From contig NC_054741.1 in assembly GCF_018143015.1 (NCBI RefSeq), positions 72,036,687 through 72,100,686 of the forward strand: DNA of 64,000 nt, written 5' to 3'. Origin of the DNA: Lytechinus variegatus. Taxonomy: Eukaryota. The notes under the pieces are model-generated. The model was not told the origin of the DNA. It did not search any database and saw nothing but the letters and a program-made list of their open reading frames with translations. Both the position numbers and the translations under genes were made by a program. Shown one piece after another: positions 51,924 to 64,000 of the stretch (the stretch's first letter is position 1; each line of letters opens with the position of its first letter).

Positions 51924-54900
51924 GTAGGTTATTCTAATTGAACTATATATTAGTTTATGAATTATGGTTTCATTTCTTTGGTGCTTATTTGCTTAAAGTG
52001 ATGTGAATATCGACAAGTGTAATTTCCCAATTTGTTTATGTACAGTACTTTATCAGTATTTGTTTTGGAAAGTTATATTTTATTAATTCATCACATTGTT
52101 ACTTTAGTGATGTTAAAACATTATTTTTCATTTAAATCTGTCTATAATTTCTTTATGGCTGGGTAATAATATGTTGGAAAGTGCTTTAAGCTGTATTGGG
52201 AAGAGCGCTATAAACTAGCTATCATTATTATTTCTTTTATGCATCATGTCCTTATTTGTTGTTGATATGTATGATGTAAAATTTGCGTGAATTATTTGTT
52301 ATGATGGTCTAACATTGAATGGTCTTGGGAAGTCCCCCCTATCAATCAACCAAAACCAAAATTAGAAAGAGAGGAAAAGGAAAAGAATGATACTGATGTT
52401 TCAACCTCTAATTGTTCTTCTTTTCATCGTCAGAATATTTTCAGACATATGCCCCTGTAACATTTTTCTCCACTCTCTTCTCCCCTCATTTCTATTTTCT
52501 TGTCAGACTATTACTATTAATCTATTGCTGCTCATTGACACTGTGGGAAACTAAGATCACTCTGTATGCTTCAAATCTTTATTGCCATTGTTCTCTGCTT
52601 GTTTGTCTCTGTCTCATACTGTGATCTTGCTTGTGTAAGAATGTCTGCCCAATAGAATTGATTTAGCTGTACACCTTTGACATTGAAGACAGCCTGAATG
52701 TAACTGAGCTTGGTCCTGTGAGGCAAAACATGGCATGATTTCACAAACATTCCATTTCATACCAGTAATATTTCAAATTGACATAAGGATTTTTTTTTAA
52801 GCCAGTATTTTCATATTTCCCAACTTGAAATTTGAATGTAGTATCATTTTGGAAATTTGTAGTTGTTTGTTCATACAAAGTCATTTAATATTCTTTATAT
52901 AATGGTCCATAAAAACAGTCAGCCCCATTCAGTTTTTATTTTGAAGATATTGCTATATTACAAAATTCTATCAGGGTAAAACATTGTATTGTCTGTGCAG
53001 GGGCTAGTTTCCTATTTTTCATTTATTAAAATTTATTTGTGTACTGTTTGTTTTGAACCAAATGGTAACTTATATTTGTTTAATTCAGGGGGCTACTTCC
53101 TTCTTCAGCCCCCATTGTGTTTTTTTTTCAATCTTTTTTTAGTTGCTGTATAAGAGGTCAATTTCTTATAAATGAATTTCCGAACCTCTGCCAGCCTGAA
53201 GTGTCCTTTAAATTATTTGGAGGATGTGGAAAGTAGGCGCAGTAAACCAGGATGTCTAGGTCAGGGATAGAGAGAGGGTGGCTGGCAACAAAATAATTCA
53301 TTCAACAGAATAAACATGTTTACACTTTTCCACATTGCTTGGTCATTACTGCTTTTACAATGATAACAACCCTTCACACACTAAGAACAGGGAGTTGGAA
53401 GCTCCTGCTAAGAACAACAAATCCTTAACTTGGGCAGTCCTTGTTAACCATGATTTCAACTTTTATGTTTCATGAAAACATTTATTTGTTGTTGTGGTAT
53501 TTTACTTCTGAGATATAGTGAATACAAAAAATATTGTTACAAGAGCCTACATTTATCAAGCCCTCTATTTTTCAGCAATTTATCTTGTAGTAGATGGGAA
53601 TCATTTACATTATTGTAAATAATCCTGTTTATTGGCCACTAATATAATTGATTTGATACAGACTATGACATCAGTCATTTAATTATAAGCAGCATATGTT
53701 GCTACATGCATTCTGATATTAAGTGTGCTTTGGCATATATATGGAAAAATGGTTAGGATTTTTAATTCATTTATTCCATTATGAAAGATTTCTGCCTAAA
53801 TGAGACAGAAAATCGTGTACAACTCTTGAACGCACACACAGGTCACGGAGTGACCCTGAGTGCAAACAGCTGACTGTGTTACAACTTAGGGGTGATACAT
53901 TTTCACAATAGGGGTGATCAAACTCACTGGAGGGACTTTAATTCACTTATAACAAAGAAATGTGTACTACAGTACTCCTGTTGAATGCTCTGATGAAAAT
54001 TATATGAGTTTCACATTCATTTGAACGGGAGGACAAGATTATTGTATATATCGAGTGCATTATGCATAAATCATACTACCATTGCGACCCCTGCCTGGCC
54101 GATGGTTCAGGCATGACGATCCTGAGTGACGTCACCGATAGAGACCTCAAATGCCAGGAGAGCCTATTCGACAACTAACTTCATCTAAAAAACACGTATT
54201 GAAGATAACATCCAATGGGGAATGGCTTTCATTTTCATGAAATATACATTCCATTCTTCAATAAATCTTTCACCCCGTCGTTAACTGCCCATTCATTCTC
54301 GAGCAATGGGGGAATGAATACAGAGTGTCTCAAAGTTTGTGTGAAAAAAGGTGCATTTTCCATAGAACTTCTGCCAAAAAGCAATGCGTAAGGGAAAGAT
54401 TAGCCCCAAAACACGAATAGATGAGTTAATCAAATGGGATGAATCATGAAAATCAGTGAAATATAGTTTCTCCTGTACTCATTACTGAATACCCCGACTT
54501 GATACGATTAATTTTTCCCCCTCTCCATCAACTTTTAAGAAAAAGGGTGCATATTTTCATAAAAATATCATGTGTTATATCGACGGACGCCCGTGCGTAC
54601 GAGCAGGAGGAAGTCAAATGTCTCGTATTTTTCATAATGAGCAACAATGGGCATAATGTAAATGACTGACTGATATTAAGATAGGCTTTTACAGTTTATC
54701 GATCTAATGATAGTCTTTAAGATATCAGAGTGTATGTTTCAAAGTAGTCAATATTACATGTAGTAACTTTGGTTGTCATTCAGAACCAAAATCACCATTC
54801 CAGCTACTCTTGTAAATTGTACAAACAGGAATAGGCCTACATACATAACTGTCCTACACATATCAAGATGTCTACAATGAAAAAAAAATGTCATGATAGC

Positions 54901-55305
54901 ATCAATAATTCTTGAGGTAGGCAGAATTTCTTGTATTGCAGCTGCTTTGCCCATCGAGCTTTTGCAGACATGGTATGTGACAAACCTCAATGTCTGTCAC
55001 CTTTTTTATGGAAGGTTATGACTTATATTTAGTCTAAAACTTCCCAAGTATTGCTGGTTACATATTAAGAAAAGATATGGTATATTGTACTTCTCAGTTT
55101 TCTCAGTATTTCTTTTTTTTTCAATAAAGTTAATAATGCTATTGAAAAAGGTGAATGATTAGGATCAACACTGAACATTTATGTCATTAATTGTCAGCAA
55201 TGGAGGAGATCTTCCATTTCAATCTTATATGTACACCACTCTTGTTCTGAAGGAAATCTAGTGGTGATTAATCTGGCAAGTCTGTTCTTGGTTTTTCTCA
55301 TTCAG

Positions 55306-55490
55306 CGACAGAGAATCGTTACGAGGGCATGTGGAAGGATCACAAGAAGAATGGACCAGGGAAGTTCTTTTACTTGGACAAAGGTCAGGTCTATGAGGGT
55401 GTCTGGGTCAATGACATTGCCAAGTGTGGCACCATGGTAGACTTTGGCAGAGAGGGAGCTCCAGACCCAACTCAGTATCCCATTCCAGAG
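55306..55490 (+). CDS. MORN3: MORN3 exon 4 (ATENRYEGMWKDHKKNGPGKFFYLDKGQVYEGVWVNDIAKCGTMVDFGREGAPDPTQYPIPE)
   Basis: Acceptor tttttctcattcag. The frame is anchored by the ORF-track ATG at 55329. Donor GTATGT. Near-identical to the human MORN3 C-terminal region (NRYEGCWERGMKNGAGRFFHLDHGQLFEGFWVDNMAKCGTMIDFGRDEAPEPTQFPIPE). Confidence 0.88.
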
Positions 55491-55893
55491 GTATGTCTTA
55501 CACTATATGTGTCACATCTGTAATTGTGTTAATAATGTAGAAGCAAACAAAAGTAATAGGCAACAAAGGCTTACACAACACACACCTGTCCTTTTGACAC
55601 TCTTCTCTCTTCTTCTTCCTCCTCCTTTCCTTCTGAAAAAAAATTTTGGCTGCCCCCTGCTAACACTGCCCCTGGATTATGATAATTATGATCATGGCCA
55701 TTAAACGAATAATTATATAACAGGGTAATGATATTTTAGTGGTTTGGTAGATAGGGCATATTTTGCAAATTAGATAGAGTATATATTGTTTATCAAATCA
55801 AGATAGAATTTTCTTTGAGCACTCATATGATCTGTAGAATAATTTCAATCATGATGGCACTCGTATATCTCTTCCTATTCTGTTTCATTTCAG

Positions 55894-55962
55894 ATCAAAC
55901 TCGCAGATGCAAATGGCGTACTCCAAGAAGCAGAAGATATGTTTTTACCCGACAGTGATTGA
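55894..55962 (+). CDS. MORN3: MORN3 terminal exon (IKLADANGVLQEAEDMFLPDSD, then TGA)
   Basis: Acceptor ttcatttcag. It matches the human C-terminus VKILDPDGVLAEALAMFRK. Coordinates may be off by 1. Confidence 0.82.
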   Translation: MKLADANGVLQEAEDMFLPDSD

Positions 55963-55982
55963 GGATGTAATTACAGTATCAA

Positions 55983-55988
55983 AATAAA
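55983..55988 (+). terminator. AATAAA polyadenylation signal about 20 nt after the MORN3 stop
   Basis: Canonical hexamer downstream of the TGA. Confidence 0.5.
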
Positions 55989-57103
55989 CATTCTAATATA
56001 CAGCCAACTGGTATTGTAATTAAACAACTGAGAACTGGATGATTCTTTAAACTAGCATATTTAAATTTTGTTCTGAGAGGAAATGTCCAAGCATTTAAAA
56101 ATTGATGAATTATGAACCAAGAGAGATATCAATTATAGCTCTTCTTTTGTTTACAAAACCTGGATTCTGAACATAATATAGTTGTTCTGAACATTCTAGC
56201 ATAATGAAATAAAATTAATGAAAGTTCATTGTTGAGTTGTTACAGACTGCCATTAGATTAAAATATAACCTATTGTGTAAAGTCTGATAAGTTGAAAACA
56301 CATTTTCCCCAAAATACATCATATTGAAATATGTGTGATATGAATTTTATTCATGGACTAATAGCACTTCAAACTTATTTGTGGGGGTAAATTTACTATT
56401 TATAAAGAGCACTATTTATATATTACATAACTTACTGAATAGCAATTCTTCAGAAATAGGGGCCCGACAACTTCAAATCCATACACAAATTGCATATGTA
56501 ATTGTACACTGCTAATTTATGAGGAATGCTATTCATGAGGACCATTGTGAAGAATTGCTATTCCTAAATGAATAATGGGCAGTGTTGTAAATACCTCAAA
56601 ATTACAATATTCTTTAATAATCTGTTTATATTGTATTTGTAAATATGTGTACATTATATTTTGTAAGAAAACTGCAATAAAAAAGGAAAACATCAATACA
56701 ATGATTGCTCTGAAATTTTTATTGAAGTAGTTTAAATCCATGATGCTTGTTATTCTGTGAGAAGAGTGTTTTTTAGAAGAAAATATTGTAGTATTTTTCA
56801 TCCAGACTGCTAGCAATTTTCCATGTCATAAACATATTCTAAATCACAGTGATTAAGAATACTTCCATACAGGCTTGGAATAGTGACCAGTAAGATCTAT
56901 ATCCTGAGGATTCACTTTTAAATTGTTTTAGATTTAATTCTAAATCCAGATTTCTACTGGTCACCTTCCATGGCTGGTCTAGATCTATTCAAATCTATGA
57001 AATGTATCGTGTATTGATAACAAAAAGAGGAAATGTGCTAACAATCTTTTAAAATGCTGCATTTTTATTACATTGAACAAGGAATGAAAGTTTGTTGATG
57101 TTT

Positions 57104-57839
57104 AACCCTATCTAGGCCGGGGGGCCTCGGAGGCCCCCTCAACAAATGGTGCGATATTTTCGCCGTGCGAAATTTTTTGACCGCGCTGCTCGCTGACTTT
57201 TTACTTTCAAGTCTTACGCAACTTTTGAGACCAATTTCGCTTCAGATGGGTACATGGTTACGAAATCATGCAACATTATGTAAGTGCATGTCAGACCGAA
57301 AATTGCTCAAAAACGTGATTTTATATACAAAGTCAATGCAAATTGTGTTTTCAACCAAAATTTATAATTGTATGATTATTTTTAGTTTTGCTAGTCTAAA
57401 TATATTCATTTTATGCTTTTTATGATCACAGAAGAGTCCCCAACAGATTTCATTGAAAAAAACAATGAAAAACAAAAGTAAAAAAACAAAGAAATACATA
57501 AGAAATTCCAAAAAACAATATAATACATAAGAAAATTATTTAATATCACGATTTTTGTCATGTACACTTGCTAAGGACACCACAAAGAGTTTCTATACCA
57601 AAAATTAGAACATTTGGAGCTTTATTTAGGGAGTTAGAGGAAAAAGTATGACTTCGCATACTAATTACGCATAAATTAGCATAATCGCTTCATAGCGATT
57701 CGCATGAAATAAACTACTGTACAATCTTGTAGATTATGTCCCAGGCAACCCGCGTGCCAATTTTCGGCGCGATCGCGCGGTCGACGGCCGAGATCTTAGG
57801 GGGGGGGGAACTCCAAAATACCCTGGCCTAGATAGGGTT
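57104..57839. mobile_element. TIR element (~735 bp) with 15-bp TIRs aaccctatctaggcc and CpG-rich subterminal inverted segments
   Basis: aaccctatctaggcc at 57104 pairs with ggcctagatagggtt at 57825. There is a G10 run at 57801. Confidence 0.65.
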
Positions 57840-58251
57840 AATAAACAAGCTTCCAAATTGATGTTTATATTCTAAGGACTAGTAGGGACAAGTCTTCTAT
57901 TTACGAAGTTATTCATGATTAATTTGTGGTTTCTCATACCATACGTTTTCTTAGAACCACAATAGCACATTACATAGGCAGGGGCCGCGGAATGGTTTTC
58001 AAAGGGGGGGGGGGCTGACCATGCCAAAAATCACAATCATATGGTCATTTACACGTTTTTGGAAAGGGGGGGCTTCAGCCCCCCCCCCCCTACCCGGTTC
58101 CACGGCCCCTGATAGGTACTAATAAGAGAGAAAAAGCAAAGTTGAACATTTTGTATAAAAGAAACATTTGTCTGCACCGCTGATTTTCTGCAGTTATTTA
58201 AAACTCTCAAGTATGATGAAAACGACCAGACCTCATTACCCGGGGGGGGGG

Positions 58252-58777
58252 GGGCCACTTACATTGGCGAGTGGATACCATGCGCGACCAAAAAAACACG
58301 TAAAAAGGATGTCTTTTTCACGATAGGGCACGTTACGTACGTAACGTGATAAGGGTGTCAAAAACACAAAAATAATGAAAAAAGGGTATCTATTTCGCTA
58401 GGAAAATTACGTGCTTAGGGTCGAATATGTGGGGATGATAAAACAAAATTAAAATGTTTTATAAAGGATGTCCTTTTTGCCCCAAAACTTCGTGTTTAGA
58501 GTCCGATTTGAGAAGTTGGGGTCGTACTAAACCAAATAAGGTAAAGCCGACGACCGAAGGACCCGTAACAATAAAACATTCCTGTACTTGTTTAGGGGTT
58601 CATTTCAAGGAATATTTGCCAAGAGTATCGTTTTGTTTCCAATGCTTGTTAAGTGTAGGTTTTCACACGCCAATACTTGTTAAGGGGTGCATTTTCAGAA
58701 AATGGAAATTACTTGTTTAGGGTGCTTTTCGATACCCCATGGTCGCGCATGGTATCCACTCGTGAATGGAAGTGGCC
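58252..58777 (+). mobile_element. MITE family 1, copy 3
   Basis: Same TIRs and internal sub-repeats (gtgtttagggt-type ~45-bp units). ORF-track entry 58454-58720 is an artefact inside it. Confidence 0.8.
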
Positions 58778-61700
58778 CCGGCCCCGGGCCTCATTATAAA
58801 GGTCATACAATTTATCATGAAAAGGAACCGTCTCCCACCAACAAAATAATGTGAACTTGGCATTTTAAACACTTTGCATTCACAAAATGATGTGTAACTA
58901 ACTAAATAATCGGTGCAAAGAGCGCCGAAGTGCGAGCTGAAAATAGGAACATATCCCGGGGAACATAAAAGGAATGGTTGTCAGGAATTCGTGAAGATGA
59001 TAGTCCTGAATGCGAGCGTGGAGTGCGGGCTGAAATCATGAAAATGATTTTTGCATGTATATTGATATAAAGAACTGGATACTTAAAGCACGATTAATCC
59101 ACTTGAACAGAATCTCCCCCATATCTTCCGTTGACAGGGGGCCGGGGCCGATTTGTAAATTTCATTTTAAGCACATTTTGTATCCAGCCGTCAATTATGA
59201 TCTTCTGTCCCTATAGAGCATAATTTGTACTCGAACCGCACGAGCTGCATCCCCCCCTCCGTCTAGGCGCAAACTTAACTTAAAATGAGTAACTTTGATA
59301 GACCTATTATCTCATCTTGCGTTAGCCACTTCAGTCCCCGCCCCTAGCACAAGCATGTTGCGGATTCACTTACTTAAAGGTCCGGGGTACACCGGGATGG
59401 AAACATTATATCAAAATAAAAAGAGTAAATTTCACAGAGCAAAGGCTGAATATGTAATCAAAATCTAACGAAATAACGAAATTATTGAATTTTAAGTTCA
59501 GCAATATTTTGTGAAAACGGTATATCACGTCGTTGTGAAAATTCATCAGTATTGCTGATAATTACATATCCACACTTTCATTTTTTTCTTATGTTGTTGA
59601 AATAATAATTACCTCCTATTTTCACACATGTGTAAATGATTTGCCTCCCCGATATAATAAAATAAGTTGGAGCTGTTAATATATTGTGATAATTTTTTTT
59701 TATATCCAATTTAGTTCTTGGAGGACAAAATTTGAATAAATATAATTTCATATAAAATACAAATGAAAGAACAAGTGATATATGAATTAAGGTTATTATA
59801 TATTGTTGTTGCCGTTACCTTTCCTGTTTTTGTGTAACCATCTTCTGTTCGTTTGATTTGCAATCATTTAATAATCCTTATTTGATTTTATAATTGATAT
59901 AATACGAACACTTAAAAATATCAATGCTGACTGAAATAAATGGTGATGATAATGATGATGATAATACAAAATGTAAAGAAAACCATATGCCTTTATTAGT
60001 ATTTCATTAGGCTTTCCACAAATTAATTATTGTCTGGGCGGATAAAACTTGAATTGGCGGACAAAAAACAAAACAAAAAGATCAATTAAGGATATGATAT
60101 CAATTTGCTCATTGAATATTCATGAAACATATATTTCACCAAAACGCAATGTCATTACCTTGTTATTCTTTGTTCGATTTTGATCAAATTTTCAGTGTTC
60201 TGTTTGTCTGATTTTTCTTTATTGGTTCAAATATTATTTTCAGCCTGTATCAAGTACCCGATTTAATTGCTTTTAATGGCCTTGGGAATTTCGTTTATGC
60301 TGATAGCCCTTGGAAAGCTAAAACAATATGTGAAATGCTCAATTGGGATAGTAGCAGCAACCCTTATAAAAAAATTGAATGGTATACCATTGACTACCAT
60401 TTATTATACACCATTGATATACCATTGGTATATAACGGTTTATGATAGGGGCCGGGGCAGAATAATTTCTCTTGGGGTATGAGGGGGAGAGGGCAGAAGC
60501 GGACAAGAAAGCATTTCATTTTTTTAGTTTTCGAAATTTTGGGGGTTGGGCAATGCTTTTGACAGAGGGGGTCAGAAGCCCTCTTGCCCCTTCCCTTGGT
60601 GGCGGACGCTACCGAGTGCATTGTGTAGGCTATTTGGGTGCAAAGCACGGAGGGGGAGGGGAATATAAATGGGCAGGCCAATGCATAAGTGATTTATCAA
60701 ATTCACTTGTCAAATCTTCAAAAAAATTTTTGCATGCATGCCTATTTCTTTGTTTTCTTTATTTTGTTTTAAAAGAGAATTAAGTGACCCTTTTTGTGGG
60801 GGGGGGGGGGGGCTATCCTCGGCACCAGCTCTGATGCAGTTACTCGTCACGAACAAAATACAACAGAACGAGTGGGTCTGCTCAACTTGTACCTCCTCTC
60901 GCTACTGAGCGACCCGTCGACGTTCTATTTCCGGTAATTCTAAAGGCTATCAAAAGAAGATGTAGAAATGTAAAATCTCACTCTGAGCTAGGTCTCAATA
61001 TACCCGGGCTCAAACTACTTCACCTTCTCTCTGAGTGCCTGATTATGAAAATAATTTCAAGTTTATAGGCTCACATGTTCTTATAAAACCCCAATATTAA
61101 AAAAAATCTCTTAAAAGAGCCCCCTCCCAGTATTTCACATCCATTTTTAGTATTCACTTCAAATTTGGTATGACTTGCAAGTGGGCGTGCATCCATTACA
61201 TGTATCTATTTCCGGGGTTATACTTTTTCCCTTTCATTTGTAAGAAGAAAACATACATTTTACCTTTCATTGTTCGTTCATCACATATTTATGAGACTAG
61301 ACGTAAAAGAAAAAAAAACGATTCATACCACAAAATTTCAATCAAATATCAAATTGCTTTAGTTCAAGATATTTATTGGAGTGGAAAAGACCTTTGACCG
61401 ATCTCAATATTTTTTTTCATGAGATCATTCGCGAAGTGCTTCGGCGCGTGCATGATATGCACCAATGGTATACGTGTACTATTCTTACACACCTCTTCCA
61501 TGACAAAATCTGGCTGTACCATCAATCCGGCATATGAGGAAACCCACTGCAAATCGTGACAAATTAATAACATTTCCGTTTTTCCTCTATCATTCAGAAG
61601 AGTATATAATTCTAATGGGTAAGTCTCCTACGAGAATTCGTGTCTGTTTTGCCTGAATTTTGCGTACACTTAATATAATACCGACTTAAGATAGGCCTTT

Positions 61701-61813
61701 TATCCAGAGGTGTAGTCATTTCTCGGACATACAATTCATCGCGAGCAAGATTGCTCGTTTGTAATGGAACTGAGCATGCGCAGTTAGGCCATAACAACAC
61801 TGTCTACCCAAAA

Positions 61814-61975
61814 ATGGCAGACAGTGGAAGATGTGACCATAATAGTTTAACACATTTCGGGGTGGACAGGAATAGCGTTGTACTTCTTTTAGCCAAGGCA
61901 CTTAAACAAGAGAATGCTGATGTATTTCTAGAAGTGTATGACAACTTGATACCATCTAGTCTTCCTACTGAAGAG
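61814..61975 (+). CDS. Candidate first coding exon MADSGRCDHNSLTHFGVDRNSVVLLLAKALKQENADVFLEVYDNLIPSSLPTEE
   Basis: aaaATGG context. A GCATGCGC (NRF1-like) motif lies ~40 bp upstream. Donor GAG|GTAAAT. The downstream exons lie outside the window. Confidence 0.3.
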
Positions 61976-62339
61976 GTAAATTTTGTTAAACAACAAGGAT
62001 AAAATTTTCAGTTCATTCCCTCCACACAGTCATGTCAGTAGGACCCAACACTGCACTGCACTGCACTGGCACTCAGTGGCAGTTAGGAATTAGGTAGGCC
62101 TAGGCTAGTATGTGTGTGCACAGCTCACAGGCACAGCTAGCATTCTTACCTTACCGCAAATACTGGAAGAATGCTGAATTAGCAACCAGGCCAGGGCACT
62201 CGACCAAAAAAGTGGTCATGGTGGTGGGGGTGTGTGCTGCGGGCGAGACAAAAAATGGGGGCCTTGGTCGTGGAGTGGGCGTATACTATAAGTTATATTG
62301 ATAGGACTAGGACTCTAGCTAGGCCTAGGCTAGGAGGGT

Positions 62340-63830
62340 TCTTGGAACTAGCCGGGAGGCATCGGGAGTAAAAAACATTTACGGTACTTCGTGGCTTACT
62401 CCCCAATGTGACGCCTGGATGGAATTGGATCTCATATATCTCTGTGTAGGGATGAGATTCCCACGATCAAAGTTGGGCTAAATCAACACTGGCCCGTTAC
62501 GTTTGGAGCCCAAATTCAGGTGGGCCCAAACCATATTACCCCCCGTTATAGTACTAAATTTCATATTTTATTTCATATGTTATTAAATAGTACGATGGGG
62601 TGTCCAAACTTTGCGCACTTTTTCAAAAATATTCATGACATCAGGCTTAATTTTGTTCACAAATTATTCATAATTTATACAAAACCAATTCAAGAAATAG
62701 TTACCACATTGACGGCAAGATCGTAGACTATAAAATCATGGACGATAATGTAAAGTAGGTCAAGGGGTTTCGCTGGTATCGCGATCTCAAAATTCTATTC
62801 CGAATGCGGGCTGTGCTGGAAAACCGTTCAGAAAAAGTGTGACCTAACTTCGCGCGCCAAAGCTTTTGTGGAGATTTAAACAAAAACTCAAGCTCAAAAA
62901 GTGAAATATTTATATCAGATTGATGGCAAAAAGCTATGGAATCGGTTAGAACCACATTTAAATCACATTTTTGATGATTTCTGCTTGCAAAATGGTGATA
63001 TCATGATGCTTGTTGCTTTCTTCAAAAGGGGCGCTAACGGTGACAAATTTGCCGATCTTTTGCCAATATTTTCATAAATACTGAACTCATCCTAAAGAAA
63101 CTTTCACCCAAGGGTAATTTTAGGTCGCTTTTCACGTTGATGATGTCAGATTTTAAGGATACTGGCTAGTTTTTGAGATAATGACCGTCCGCGAAGTATG
63201 GACACACGCGAAGTTTGGACTCACTGCCATACTAAATTTGAAAAAAACAAACCACGAGCGTAACTTACCCAGTCTGTTTACGTCACCATTTTAGAATCTT
63301 TCGTTATCGATACCAAGATACCACGCGTGTAGAGCTGCAGTCTAAGATTTAAAAAATACTTGCATCGGCTAATACATATTACGAATCGTAAAATATTTGC
63401 AGTAAAAAAATATCATTTCGCACGTGTTATATTTTTTGACCGAAAAAATGATTTTTACGATTCATGATATTTATTGGCCGATTCAAGTATTTTTTAAAAT
63501 CTAAGTTGGCAGATCTACACGCGTGTGGCATTCTAAATGGCAGATAAACAGACTGCTCTTATGTTTTTTTCAAATTTAGTACTATTTATGTAATAAATAT
63601 AATGAAATTTAGTACTTATGGGGGGTTAATATGGTTTGGGCCCATTTACGTGAATTTGGGCTCCAAACGTAATGGGCAAGTGTTGATTTAGCCTAACTTT
63701 GATCGTGGGAATTGCATCCCTACACAGAGATAAATGGGATCCAATTTCAGGCATCATTGGGGAGTAAGTCCACGAAGTAAATGTTTTTTACTCCCCAGAC
63801 GACTCCAGGCTACTCGGAACGGGCTTTGGA
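62340..63830. mobile_element. Long-inverted-repeat (foldback-like) element (~1.5 kb). The ~200-bp arms at 62365-62560 and 63605-63800 enclose a non-coding interior that contains a second ~75-bp-arm palindrome centred near 63420.
   Basis: The arms are reverse complements (gatcaaagttgggctaaatcaacactggcccgttacgtttggagcccaaattcaggtgggcccaaaccatattaacccccc versus the right arm). The inner palindrome is ccacgcgtgtagagctgcagtctaagatttaaaaaatacttg... Confidence 0.65.
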
Positions 63831-64000
63831 ACTACAATGTTTGTGAATACTGGGGTCCGTGGACCAAGCCGGCTTGGAACGGATTGCCAGCGTGTGAGTA
63901 CGTATGCATCCCTATGGAATGGGTATACATGTACGTGTATGATGCAGCTAGCCCGGCCACCGGGTGCGCTCTCGCAGAGGCGATTGTCGGATGGTGTTCT

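Noticed and set aside
60472-60783. 103-aa GC-rich ORF with a TATAAA/CCAAT-like context
   Set aside because: It has Gly-rich low complexity driven by poly-G runs. No exon chain or homology is discernible. It is more likely promoter-like or repeat sequence than CDS.
1-64000. Prokaryotic-style operon or CRISPR interpretation prompted by the ORF track
   Set aside because: The sequence has GT-AG introns, polyA signals, MITEs, SINE/LINE fragments and metazoan gene homologues (MORN3, afadin-type RA, SAM). There are no direct-repeat/spacer arrays.

Overview
This is AT-rich, CpG-depleted eukaryotic DNA, most consistent with a marine invertebrate deuterostome or mollusc. It has short exons with GT-AG introns of 0.3-4 kb and is dense with MITEs, tandem repeats and microsatellites; it is not prokaryotic. 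The ORF track allows GTG/TTG starts and mostly reports antisense or intronic artefacts. All splice boundaries are hand-mapped and good to about +/-2 bp. Protein-coding content: (1) Plus strand, 48.2-56.0 kb: a clear five-exon MORN3 orthologue with a TATA box and a polyA signal. (2) Minus strand, 25.46 down to 5.54 kb: a chain of phase-compatible exons. It begins with a large acidic exon carrying tandem DDETDDSDGDWDDEDD repeats. Next come two afadin/canoe-type Ras-association (RA) domains. A 13-exon coiled-coil region then ends at a TAG stop at 5540. This is either one roughly 20 kb gene with an unusual architecture or two or three adjacent genes. (3) Minus strand, 39.75 down to about 27.7 kb: a tandem-SAM-domain protein with an N-terminal Ser-rich region bearing two PPxY motifs; its 3.8 kb first intron hosts an antisense, decayed LINE reverse-transcriptase fragment. 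(4) Plus strand, 21.82-23.15 kb: a Crypton-type tyrosine-recombinase coding sequence (KIAA1958/ZMYM-like). It is one continuous frame broken only by three nonsense codons, and it is preceded by a promoter-like palindromic inverted repeat with CRE, E-box and CCAAT motifs. Repeats: at least six MITE/foldback families, three of them with two or three copies in the window. There is also a tRNA-derived SINE, a ~165 bp tandem array, recurrent G10-17 homopolymer runs, purine-rich blocks and an isolated CpG-rich island at 25.85-26.7 kb. No rRNA, tRNA gene or CRISPR was found.
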